Below are positions 9,501 through 20,271 of a DNA stretch of 49,632 nucleotides, piece by piece (position 1 is the stretch's first letter; each line of letters starts with the position of its first letter). A model generated the notes under the pieces. The model did not search any database. It saw only the letters and a program-made list of their open reading frames with translations, and was not told the origin of the DNA. Source of the stretch: Folioceros fuciformis (taxonomy: Eukaryota); contig JBNGIO010006289.1 of NCBI GenBank assembly GCA_049999805.1, forward strand, positions 461,509-511,140. The letters run 5' to 3'. Both the position numbers and the translations under genes were made by a program.

Positions 9501-12500
9501 TGATGGCTTTTTGGCATCTGTGATTTCCAGCATTATCTGACAACTGTCCATGCATGGAACTTTTCTTCAGGCTTTCACCTGATACTGGAAGCGCCACAGG
9601 TTTTACACAAAGGGTCCTTGCGTTAAAAGCTTTGGCTGGATTGCTCGGGTACGTGTAAAGCATAGGGCGGCAGCTTTAACAGGTTTTACATTGTTGGAAA
9701 CCTGACAAGACTTGTTCTGTCAGGTTCCTTATATTCTCGCCAGGAGCTGGAACCATGACTCCAGTTCTTGGAGCTTCCTCGACGGCTTGGACTGTGTCCA
9801 GAAATACAATTCCTATCGATGTTGAAGGCACACTGTCTGCAGCAAAAGACAGAGGCATCATGCTGCTAATGCTGCCATGGGTTTTGGAATTTCTTCGTTT
9901 GACAAAGGTGTGGATACTCTCAGAAAAGCTATAATATTCGACAAAGGTCGAAGTTGTCTTTTAGGTGCTGATCATCAACAGCTGTCCAGGCTGTTGAGCA
10001 AGTACATGATCAACCATATTTCCACAATGCCGTCTGTGCTTTGAGGGATGTTTATAGGCTACCAATGCTTGATCCTATGCACCCGGATTTTGGGGTAACA
10101 CATCAGACTTTTGCCCTTACATTAGTATTTTTTCCATCGCTCTTACGTTCTTGTGGCCTGACTGTGTAAGTGCTCGTGCAGGTTGGAAGTGTCTGCATCC
10201 TTGCTGCTTTGGACAGTTTTTTTGAGTTCATGGACCTCCATTCATGCATCGATAAGGGGATGTCCTCGAAGGATCCAGTGACTGAACGCATTGCAAGAAA
10301 ATTGGTCCCAGGCGATGATAAGGCTGTTGCAGGACATCAGTTTATTGGACTTGACAAGGTTCCTGGTATTGTGGACAACACCTACATAAGGCATTGTTGC
10401 CCTATCCTAGTAGTAAGCCACCAACTGTCGTCTCCCTGTTGCATCACGATTGATGGCTGATTCGTAGTCTGCAGTATCCAATCTCCAGTTGGTGAAACGT
10501 GCAGGGCATGAGGATGGAAGTTCTTGAGGGCAAGAAGCGGAGGCAAAAAGTCCCTTCCAGCTTGCACAGTCCAGGCTCAGGGAGACAAATGCGGAAAATA
10601 ACTCCTGTGCCAAGTCACAGTGAGTGGCAGCGTGAAAGGGCATCTCCACGGATTTCTGGAAAGAATCTGACCACTTGCAATGCGGTGGCTGAACCGGATA
10701 CGTTTAAAATCAACCTTCAGGTCAGCTCCTTTGTGTGTATCACAACCTTCGTGGTCCAATTGCATCCTGTTTCATGCCCAGAAAGGATTTCGGTGGGATT
10801 CTTTTGTCCTGGCTCAAATGATGTGTTCAGAGGGCAGTAGGAATGATCTATTAGTGACCCTTCAGTCGGATATGTTGCAGAGAAGCTTTCTGGAACAGCG
10901 GCCGCAATTGCGACGACTAGTTGACTTCGTAGTTGATATTGTGGCAGTGAACGCTGCATCTGCGGCTGTCTCAAGGTTTGTACCTGAAGTTTTGAAAGGT
11001 GCACTGAAGAAGCTTGACAGTACACTGTGTACAGAAAACAGAATGTCTGGAGTGGAGTGCTTTCACACCGTCAGCAGCCCGGAAGTGGTTGCTGAACAAG
11101 TAAACCCTTGTTGTCACGTTTTGATCAAATGGGATTCTTTGCTTCCTGGACTGTCTGAGACATTCTGAGTTTCTGCTCTCTACTGCCCCCAGATCATTGC
11201 ATCAGCAATCTGTGAAGCGTTACTTCCAGCATCGGATTTCCTGCATAATTATGCAGCACAGAGGACATCTGAAGCTTTATCTATTCTGGTCTATCCACAT
11301 GAGGCCCCTTATGCTGTTGGGGTTGCTGCAGGTCTGATTCTCTTCACCGCAGGGAAGCTTGTTTGGCTGTACGTCTTTAGCACTTCTACCCCACGGCATC
11401 TCTCTAGGCGCAAGTTGAATGGGTCTGGTGCCGTGGGATTGTCAGGCATATTATGATTGCTTGAAATGATGAATATGATATATTGTCCTGTCAGACAGTA
11501 AACAATGTTTCTTGTTGTAATAGGAATTGCAGCCGAAACAGTAAGGATATCAGCATATCAAAAAGCTCTAGCGAGAATATCAACAGAAATTAGGAGGCAA
11601 ATAACCGAAGAATTCCAAAGCTGGAGAATCCAACAAGCATTTCTGGATGTCAGGACAAAGCTGACTCTTCCTCTCACGGAGTCTGTCATTCATACCGCTG
11701 GACCCGACGCTCCTGCAGGAAGTATGTTGAGGAATCTAGTAAACTCATCACAAGGAGTGTTCAGCTCAAGAGATGACACTCAGCATGGATTGCAGAGCAA
11801 TCAGGCTGTGCTCCTCAAAGGAGAATTATCTAATGGTAAAAGTATGGAGCAGATGACTATCGAAGCTCAAAGAAGAGACTGCAAGGCGGGACGATCAACG
11901 AAGTTAGCTGCTCCTGTAAAACGGCAGCTGGCCTTCGTTGGAAGCAGCAGTGACCTATCACATCACGTCAATGCCAGTTCTTATGTTCCTTCTGGAAAGG
12001 AGCGAGAACTTAGACTTGTGGATAAAATCATTGAGGCATGCTTAATGGCACGAAGTTGTATTGATTCAGGCCCTTGTGCAGATGACAAAAGGAATTTGTT
12101 GCGCCAACGGTTGTCGGTTGTTTGCATGTCAATTGAGGCATTGCTGGCTCAAATGGGAGGAATTCCTTCTGGAGGTGCTGATGGATTGGTGATTGAGCGA
12201 AATAGAGTGGTTTTGCTTGAAAGACAGTCTTTGATTAGGAGTGCTGATGGTCCCCACCAGTCAACTCCTGGAAAGGTGAAAGTAGGCGGTAGCTTTACAG
12301 ATTCATTGAGGGTTGAATTGGGGCTAATACGTCGATCTCTTGCCCTGGCTTTGAGACTGACTTTTATATCTCCGCTGCTCGCCTTTGGGTTGACATCAAG
12401 GACGCCGACTTTGCAGTGCTCTTGTAACTCAAAGATGCAAGGAAATGCTTTCTGGGAAATGTTTGTGGAATCCTCTGTGAAAGCAAAATTATTTGCTGAT

Positions 12501-12998
12501 GCAGATCGGAAACCAGAATCATCTCCATGTAAACGGAACCACAAACCAATACCACTGCGACAGGGAGTTGAGACAACAGACAGAAAATCTGCCGGGTGTG
12601 AAGAAGCTCTCCGGTTCTCATCACAACTTGCAGGTCCCATGCTGGAATTGGTTGAGATGTGGAAGGCCTTGATACAGCAAAAGGTCTGCAGTGTAAAGTT
12701 TGTCATGAGTGAACTCTTGGCCCCTTGGCGTTGGCAATTGGCATTTCAAATGGGTTCCTGGCAACCTGACCATTCATGGCTGGAAATACCGAAACATGGT
12801 CTCATTGGTGTGATATTAAATATTATGGGAGAAAGTCCTGGTGTGCAAGAGGTTCAGGATGTTTCATATCATTTTCTTCGGACGCTCTGCCTGGAGGTTG
12901 AAAGTGAAACAGCTGACGAGCAGGTAAGCAGGTCAGAGGTCAAGGACGTCGCTGCAGCTGTGGGCATGCATATCCTGATCTGGTGCAGTCGCTTTTGA
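6515..12998 (+). CDS. CDAN1: Codanin-1 homologue, multi-exon. 3' end uncertain: may splice on at 12924 to exons 12989-13050, 13566-13652 approx. and 13744-13763
   Basis: Ordered motifs resemble animal CDAN1: LLHSIIDDETFLPVLLRWI, FALSFLHYMRAQ, EDEFPVLG, KRRVTP, PVSMPFQSARDSRHNF...NREQCRDLFYSVIRE, GLDKVPGIVDNTYIRHCCPIL, QMRKITP, and the Codanin-1_C-like LQRSFLEQRPQLRRLVDFVVD. GT-AG introns checked at 6662-6738 and 7294-7370. Confidence 0.8.
6763..6945 (+). repeat. Coding 63-bp tandem repeat (SASVDTAGGWKDKLNNTSPQS), at least 3 copies, spanning an assembly gap (N 6810-6819)
   Basis: Near-identical copies start at 6763, 6820 and 6883. Confidence 0.9.
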
Positions 12999-14401
12999 CG
13001 CGCCTAACTGCCTACATTGGATGCGTGCTGGATCCTGAGTCGTCTATCAGGTGAGTTCCAGTCGTGCCCAACTGATTAAAAGTTGTGAACCTCTCTATTC
13101 GAAGTTCCAAGTTTTGAGCCATGAGGGAAGGGTCTGTTTGGAGGCATGAATCCTGTGTGATGCGCAATATGTACCACCTATAAAAATGGTGGGTCAGGAT
13201 TTGGGATATATGAACCTACTACAAAAATGTCACGTAGGTTTTGTCTAAAAAGTAAATCACCATGTCATGAGTGAAACATGTCTTCCCAATAGCAGGAGGG
13301 GTTATACATAACGCGGAGATAATGACCAAATTGCATCACTGTGCCTCTCCTTCAACTGATGTAACATCGAATCAAAACCAATGCTTCCGATTATCCACCT
13401 CTCCTCTTTCCACGATATCACCCATGCCTACCTGTCAACCAAGCGGCCGTATCTCCCTGTTGTGGAAAGTCCATAGTTTTCACAGGAAACAAAGTAATTG
13501 ATCCATTGGCCACCAGACCCCCCAGCTCTCGCCTACTTTCCCCTCCTCTCCCGTCTTATCTACAGTATGGCAATTGCAGGATTCCATTTCAACACGGATG
13601 TGTACTGTTCTCCTAGTACCAGCAGTGAAACATCAGTTGCCACACGCAGGACTGGTAATACATATATACAAACGACCCCTCTCCCGAAAAACGGTTGTCC
13701 CAAAATAATGACCAACGACGTCACACCGTGTTGTGTGTAGTAGGTACTGAGTTTGACGCCTGACCTGGTTCTACCGCTTCCTGGTGGGCAAAGCGTGTTG
13801 CGAAGGAATGTGGTTGTTCCTACCATGGGTTCCACGGAGTATTGAAGGGGGCTGAGGAAGGAGAAGACCTTGCTGGGTTTTGATGTTCTAGTGACAGTGA
13901 AAGCTCCCAGTGACGACAGCCGCTCCGCCCAAGTGGCTGTACGGATATCCATATGTATGGGATGGCTGAATTCCACACCAAGAGCTTCCAAAAACACGCT
14001 TGGTGTGTATCTCGTCGGGTATGTATGCATCACAGGTCACCAAGTCCACGCTCCCTGTGAGCCTGATTGTGTGGCAAAAGAAGAGGACGCTATGTAATAG
14101 CCTACCAATGACGTAGACTAGACTGCCAAGATGGTGGTTAAATTGAGGAAAAAAAACTAGTGAGTGTCCAAAGCAAGTCTTGGGTTGCTCTCATGATAAC
14201 GAGAGCGCATGCACCTCTACAGAGAGGAACAGGATATTTCCGCCCGGGTGGAGAAGACGGATGAAGCTTTATTCCTTCGTCAAATTGTTACATAGCTGCA
14301 GCATTGCAAGAATAACATCGCACTATGCACATGTTACCAAGTCTACAAGTCCCTCGAAGGCAGAAGAACTAGAGAACTTTGGGGCAAGGAGGGGAAGGAG
14401 T

Positions 14402-15042
14402 CTAAGGTGAGAAATCCCTGGCATCTTCTTGCCCTTCCGAGGTAGACGACGACGGTCTGTAAGATGCTGGTCCACTAGAGCCCCGAGTTGCTTCGACGGC
14501 TGCTTTCACCATAGCCTTCCTCGCCCTATCTTGCACCTCCTCCTGAATGTGGTTGTATTTAGTACATGGCACGCAGCGCGGCGTCACCAGCATTCAGAAC
14601 AGCAGCTTACCCAGTACCTGAAATTCGCGAACTGTCTTCTGCTGCTCTGCCTGACGTCTGCCAACGTCGCTCAAAATTTCCCCCAAAACAGTGCCCACGC
14701 GTTCAGTCACTGCCTCCGCCAACGCTTTGCCGAGGAAGAAAGCATCCAGTACCGCCTTGCTCTCCTGCTGGTTCCCTGAACAAAGACAGGCAAGCCCGCA
14801 GATTGAGCGCCCTCTTAAGCGCACAGCAAAGGCGAGCAGGTTCTAGGAAGTGACCCACCTGAGCCATGACGTTTGCACTGCGCTCTCACCGGGTTGACAG
14901 ACGCATTGCTCACGCGCCTGCGGCAAGCAACACGCGCAGGGATGGCGGGGCTTAACCTCGAGCATGAGCTCAGAGGAGGAGCACATGAGCTCCAGCAGCG
15001 GGGGTGAGCCATCGTGGACATGTTCATTGTCAATCCTGCCAT
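14402..15042 (-). CDS. PG18: Plastoglobular protein 18-like (At4g13200 family), 3 exons (15042-14859, 14775-14618, 14542-14402)
   Basis: Motif ESKAVLDAFFLGKALAEAVTERVGTVLGEILSDVGRRQAEQQKTVREFQEEVQDRA; Ser/Arg-rich transit-like N-terminus; in-phase GT-AG introns. Confidence 0.82.
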
Positions 15043-15168
15043 TCCGATAACGCGACAGCTATAACAGCTACAAAGGCGTGAGAACTCACCACCACAAATT
15101 CTCAAAGTGGAACAAGCCCTCGCGCAAGTTAAACAGGAGATTGTGAAAATCTCCACACGATCGCTACC
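15043..15168. promoter_or_regulatory. Bidirectional promoter region (126 bp between divergent ATGs)
   Basis: Divergent starts at 15042(-) and 15169(+). Confidence 0.5.
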
Positions 15169-16614
15169 ATGGCAGCATTAGGCTCCCTACCCTCAACATT
15201 GTGGACCGGAAGTGCAGCTGGCAGGGGTCAAGTGCAACGTCACGGGATGGCGGCTGTCCCACTTGGCTTCCGCTCTCTGGACCCTCTCGGTCCTGCCAGT
15301 TTGGGCACCCAAGCTCATGAATCTATCATTAGGCGGGACTGCTGGAGGCCGTTTCAGGCCTGGAAAAGTGCCTTTGGTCCTCTCATTTTGCCCCCACATC
15401 CAGAGCCGGTGCTATTCCCTCGGAGACTGCTCAATATGAAATTTGCTGTTCTTCTCATGCGATCTTGTTATGAGGCTGTCGACGCCCTGGACTTCATCCC
15501 CATGGACAGGTTCCAAGTGAAGGTAAATGCACTTCTGCATTATTCCAGTTCTCAAACCTTCTTAGGACGATTCTCTTTCAGCTGATTCTCAACAGCTGAG
15601 TATGACAGGGATTCCTCAATGCAGTGACCTGTCAAACTTTCAGTTCTGGAAACTGCGGCGAGATGAGGTGGAGCCCTACACTCTCCAGTACCGGAGCACG
15701 AAAATCAAATATGGCGACCTGACGGATCCGGTAAGCTCCCCTGAGCTTACCCAATCCACTACAATGACTCTGGTTTCACTGATGCCCTGCTGATGCAGCT
15801 CTATTTCGACTTTATCAGCTTTGCACAATTTGCGACCATATCCAACGAGATGCGAGTAGGCGAGTTGGTGTTTCAAGTAAGGTTGAAATGCATGCTATGT
15901 CGAAAGCCTCTGTCTGTATACCTTGTGGCAGACGGACATGATGACTCTTTTGCACGTGGCGGCAGGAAAAACTAGGTGTTGATGGTGAACTGAGGACTGT
16001 CCGCAGAGATGAACGTCTCAAGGATAACTCAACCCTTCCTGCGGCGTTCTACAAATTGGCTGGAGACCTCATATATGCACGGCTTCTGAACGGATTCGAA
16101 GGCCAAGAGTTTGATGCTCCTCTTGCCTGCACGTCTGCCTCGCCATTTACCGAGGTACCCATTCAGCAGGGCCTGACATCTGCTAACCATGTGCTTTGCT
16201 TTTAGGCCAGTGTTCTGAAAAGATCCGTGGTAGGTGGTGGAAGGTGTTCAAAAGCTATTACAATTGTTCGTAGATAAAGGTTATGCCCTTAACGCAAGTG
16301 TCGAGGACATCCAAGTATCTGGTAACGGTGGGAAATTCCGGGTAAGTTGTTCTCTGAAATCAGCTCACCGCAACCTCTCATCTCACTTTTCTGGGAGGCT
16401 GATCTCCTCCTTTCATTTTATGCGGCGGCAGGTCAAGTTGGAAGGACCTGCGACACTCTGGGGATCGCTTGAGCTTGCAAGCAGAAATTCGTCAGTCTCA
16501 ACCCATTTTGAGGTTTTTTCGATCGATGCCTATTTGAGAGCCAGTCGAAGGGTTGCAGTCTACTCGGTCGAGGACTACAAAACTAGCACTGAGAGTAGCT
16601 GGAGTGTGACCTGA
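15169..16614 (+). CDS. Uncharacterised putative plastid protein, 6 exons (15169-15522, 15644-15730, 15799-15876, 15966-16154, 16234-16341, 16432-16614)
   Basis: All introns are GT-AG and phase 0. The spliced protein contains FPRRLLNMKFAVLLMRSCYEAVDALDFIPMDRFQVKFWKLR...GDLTDPLYFDFISFAQFATIS and has a transit-like N-terminus. Confidence 0.8.
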
Positions 16615-16782
16615 ACACCTCCGTCCACTATCTTTAGTTTTCTAGCTTTAGCTCACCACAGCCTAAACCACATGGATGGACAACTTTGCTGAACCGTGAG
16701 ACGAGAGCAAGATTTCTGGAATTCGGAATGCTAGCCACCACAGAGGAAAGAATACGAGTCCGAGAAGAAATTTTTCACATCC

Positions 16783-17803
16783 TCAATACAATGTACCACC
16801 ACGCAGGCGCCTCGCCAACCGCATGTCCTTTGGCACTGTAATCAGTCCACGAGAATCGAATAAGAATCTCACCTTCAGAGATCTCCTCTACAGAACATCT
16901 TCGGAAAAGGGGAACGACAGTCTCAGTGAAGGGTCGTGGTAGATACGTACTTATGGTCACTCTTTTGGCATGGATGGCACACAGATTAGTGTCATCGAAT
17001 AGATTGACTAGATACTCTTCTGCAGCCTACCAAACCGTCACAAGAAATTACCAAACCCCAGATCAACGACGAACAAATTAAATGAAGTTCAGAGGGTCGT
17101 CAGACACTGCGGATGCGAGAAAAGAAGGTTACGATGGAAAAGAATCGTAAGGGAATGGCAACTCTACCTCCTGAAGCGCGATCAGAGCTTCAGCAGTCCA
17201 GCGATTGGCAAAAGTGGAATGATTGGCAGCAATCTCCCTCACCTGCGACAGCGAAAACCGTGACCTCCTGGCACCAAAGCAGCTATAGCTGAGCTTCTAT
17301 CAGGCATATGAAAAACTGGAAGACAGGGGCAATTCACAATCGCAATCGCACCAGACGTGTGAATGGCAGTGTCCTGAGAAGAAGCTCGTACGATTTTTGA
17401 TACTTATTTATCTCCTTGAGAGCAACAGTTCCAGGCCTGGCCCGAGGCTTTTGTCCAGGCCGCCTCACAGCCTGAGGCCTTTGATTTTGGCGTTGATTAG
17501 GTTGGCGTGCATTCCTCCCTCCTGCATTTCAAACCGAAGGCAATGATGAGATGAAAGAGTCACACGACCGCACCCTGCGCCGATACCAGCACCCACGTAA
17601 CACAAAAAGGGCTCATTCCTCCACTCAAATGCATACGCAATTGCTTACAACCGATGGCGAGCTACGGTAAATTTTGAAATTTCGTGGAGGGAGCCTCTTG
17701 AGAGGTTTCTGACATAACCTGATGACGAGGGTCCAGCCGTGGAGTTGCGTCTTGCCTGAATCCGATTGGCGCGTGCCGGCGTCGTGGATTTTCTTCTCGC
17801 CAT
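16783..17803 (-). CDS. CENH3: Centromeric histone H3, 5 exons (17803-17719, 17521-17352, 17242-17168, 17026-16951, 16835-16783), 152 aa
   Basis: Manual splicing gives [14 protein letters not shown]...[100 protein letters not shown]. This is an H3 fold with a divergent tail, Q68->T, F84->W and a longer loop 1, the usual CENH3 hallmarks. Confidence 0.92.
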
Positions 17804-18301
17804 AGCTTCAGCAGCTCACACGGCTAGCTGTTTCCAGTGTTAGCCAAGATTCCCAAACCAGCAACTGGAGGACTCGTCTTGTGCGAAGGTCACCCTCGAA
17901 CGCAATACGCTAGACGTCATCGATAACAGCTCGCTGTGCCAAGGCGGGAAAGTCCACCACCAGCGCCACCAACACCATCAGCAGACAGCAATTCCATAGG
18001 CTGCCTTCCCCTAACGGACAGATCCCCAGAAGTGGGGAAATAAGCAAGAATAATATTTTCCCGGTCTTCGCGTGATGAAAGCCTCTGAAAAAGAAACTGG
18101 GTAGTGCAGTACCTGGTAGATATGTATATATGATTGGATATCATTCAAACAAACTGGCTCACCTGTAGACCTAGAGCCATAGGTTAAACCTCCCGCGGAC
18201 TCGGTCTGAAAGGGAAGGATTAGCCTGGATGTATATGTACACAGCTCACCACGCCCAAATCATAAAGGTCTCACAACAATTCCTCTATTGCAAGAAGCGC
18301 T

Positions 18302-19122
18302 ATGACCAGCATCATGCGGAGCAGCCAGCAACAGCAGGAGGGGCAGCTACGCAAAGTGGAGGCCGAAGAGGAGGCTCGGCGACGGTTTCTTTTGGAGCTG
18401 GAATTTGTACAGTGTCTGGCCAATCCGACCTACATCCACTGTATGAGAAGCGGCTGTGAATTCAGTGTTTTTGCTCAGAACAACAGCACACCTATGCCTG
18501 ACATGCGGAACGGTCTTGACTGGCATGGCAGATCTAGCTCAGAATCGGTATTTCGATGACGAAGCGTTTGTAAATTACCTCAAGTACCTCCTGTACTTCC
18601 AGGAGCCAGAGTACGCTAAGTTCATCGTGTGAGTGAGGCTTGTGAAGACCCTAGCTGTATGGCACGGAATGGTTGTTTAGTATGTATGACGGCGACCTCA
18701 CCTCTTGCCCTTCTCCGTGCCTAAAACAGGTACCCGCACACGCTCTACTTCCTCCTCCAACTGCAAAACCCGAATTTCCGAAGGGCAATGGCCCATCCCG
18801 AAAACAAGGTCAGCTTTTCTTCCATCATCTTATACGGCCGAGGCTGTTGCTGCTTGTCAGCGTGGGACCTGTAGGGGACGCTTACACACATCCATGACTT
18901 GGCTGCTCGCAGGAAGTGGCTCATAGGCAGCAATTCTACTTTTGGAAGCACTACCGGAGCAACAGGCTGAAGTACGTACAGCCGCGGCCTTTCCCCGAAG
19001 AGCCTCCCGCACCTCCTGCACAGCCCGCGCCTTCTGCCCTGCCCGCACCGGCGTCTTCCAAGGTGGAACCGACACCCAGATCTGCCGTGGGCGAACGTAG
19101 GAAGCGCAAACCCACCGGCTAA
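18302..19122 (+). CDS. MED31: Mediator subunit 31 (SOH1), 4 exons (18302-18440, 18532-18628, 18730-18808, 18913-19122)
   Basis: RFLLELEFVQCLANPTYIHYLAQNRYFDDEAFVNYLKYLLYFQEPEYAKFIVYPHTLYFLLQLQNPNFRRAMAHP...AHRQQFYFWKHYRSNRLK; introns in phase. Confidence 0.93.
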
Positions 19123-19932
19123 CTCACCCTGACCCTAGGCTGTCATCATCTGGTGATGCGAGCATCCTGGTCAGCTGACCAGTCGCCTATTCTTTGAAGC
19201 GAGTAGCGACTCATAATCCACGAATTGCCAAAGATACCGCCTGGGCCTCTTGAAGTGATATCCAACTCGGCCACAACGTTAATGTTCGGACATGAAGGGA
19301 GGCATTGGTCAGCTGGATTTGGCCCAGCTACATTTGAATTTCGGCCCATCGACCTTGTGTAGAGCAGGATGGAGCCAGTGGAAATGTACTTGCAACCATG
19401 AACAGAGACGAGGCCACACCTCGAACGCAGATACGCTTTTGTCTTCTCCTGTCCCTGTTATTAGAGTAGTTTCACGTTTCTAGCTAGCCACACACACAAA
19501 GGCCATAGAAAATAAATTTTTCATTTTTTCCTCCCCGTACTCTATCTTGCACACACACGGCAGTGACGATGAGATGGCCCTAGCACCAGACAGCAAAGCT
19601 TATATATACCCTCTTGTTTACTTCTTATGCATATGCGTGCCGCTCCGGTTGGGGCCCCGTAGAAGGGACTGGGCAAACCCTGAACCTAGGTGCACCAAAA
19701 GTAACATAAATCACATAGAGACAAAAAAAAAGATCAATCTTTTTTCTAGGAGAATGGAAACTTGTGGCCATAAAAAGAACTGCCACATGGCTACACCCCA
19801 TGTAGAGCTCCGAAGCGATGGGGCCATCACAAATTTTCACCATAGGGGAGAGAGACTAGACTGGACTACATCGGTATTCCATACTGGTGCACGACGAGCT
19901 CAATCCAAGCAAATGTTCTATTGTTGTATTGA

Positions 19933-19941
19933 AAACCCTAA
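19933..19941 (+). promoter_or_regulatory. Telo-box AAACCCTAA upstream of TAF5
   Basis: Exact consensus about 330 bp upstream of the ATG at 20272. Confidence 0.35.
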
Positions 19942-20271
19942 AAAATATTTTGATAAAGCGAGCAAAACGGCGCCCAAAACCGTAGCTCCCCTGTGGGACA
20001 TGCAAATGCGAACTGGCGGATTCGTACTGAAGTTTGGGTTTTGTGGGTCCCCTAATCACGAGACCCCCGGTTTGAGAGGCCCCAGCGAGCTTCGTCGTTT
20101 CAAATGCCCCACTGATCGATTCTCAGGGGGGAAGGCTTGAGTAACACCCTAGAGCGCTTGGCTACGCTCTTAAGTGACTGCTTCTCACGACACAGTGACC
20201 TGAGTTCTTGCGAAAACGTACCGGTGTAGCAGGCGCTGGGCAAGCAATTGACTAAACGTCAAGTTAGCAGG

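Noticed and set aside
13560-14033. 157-aa minus-strand ORF with faint small-GTPase-like words (YTPSVF, LGVEF)
   Set aside because: No P-loop, DxxG or NKxD motifs; probably antisense to the 3' region of the Codanin-1 gene.
17640-17760. Hairpin and U-rich stretch suggestive of an snRNA
   Set aside because: No match to U snRNA or tRNA consensus; explained by CENH3 exon 1 and intron 1 on the minus strand.
19547-20140. 197-aa ORF between MED31 and TAF5
   Set aside because: Non-ATG start, no domain, intergenic composition with A/T runs.
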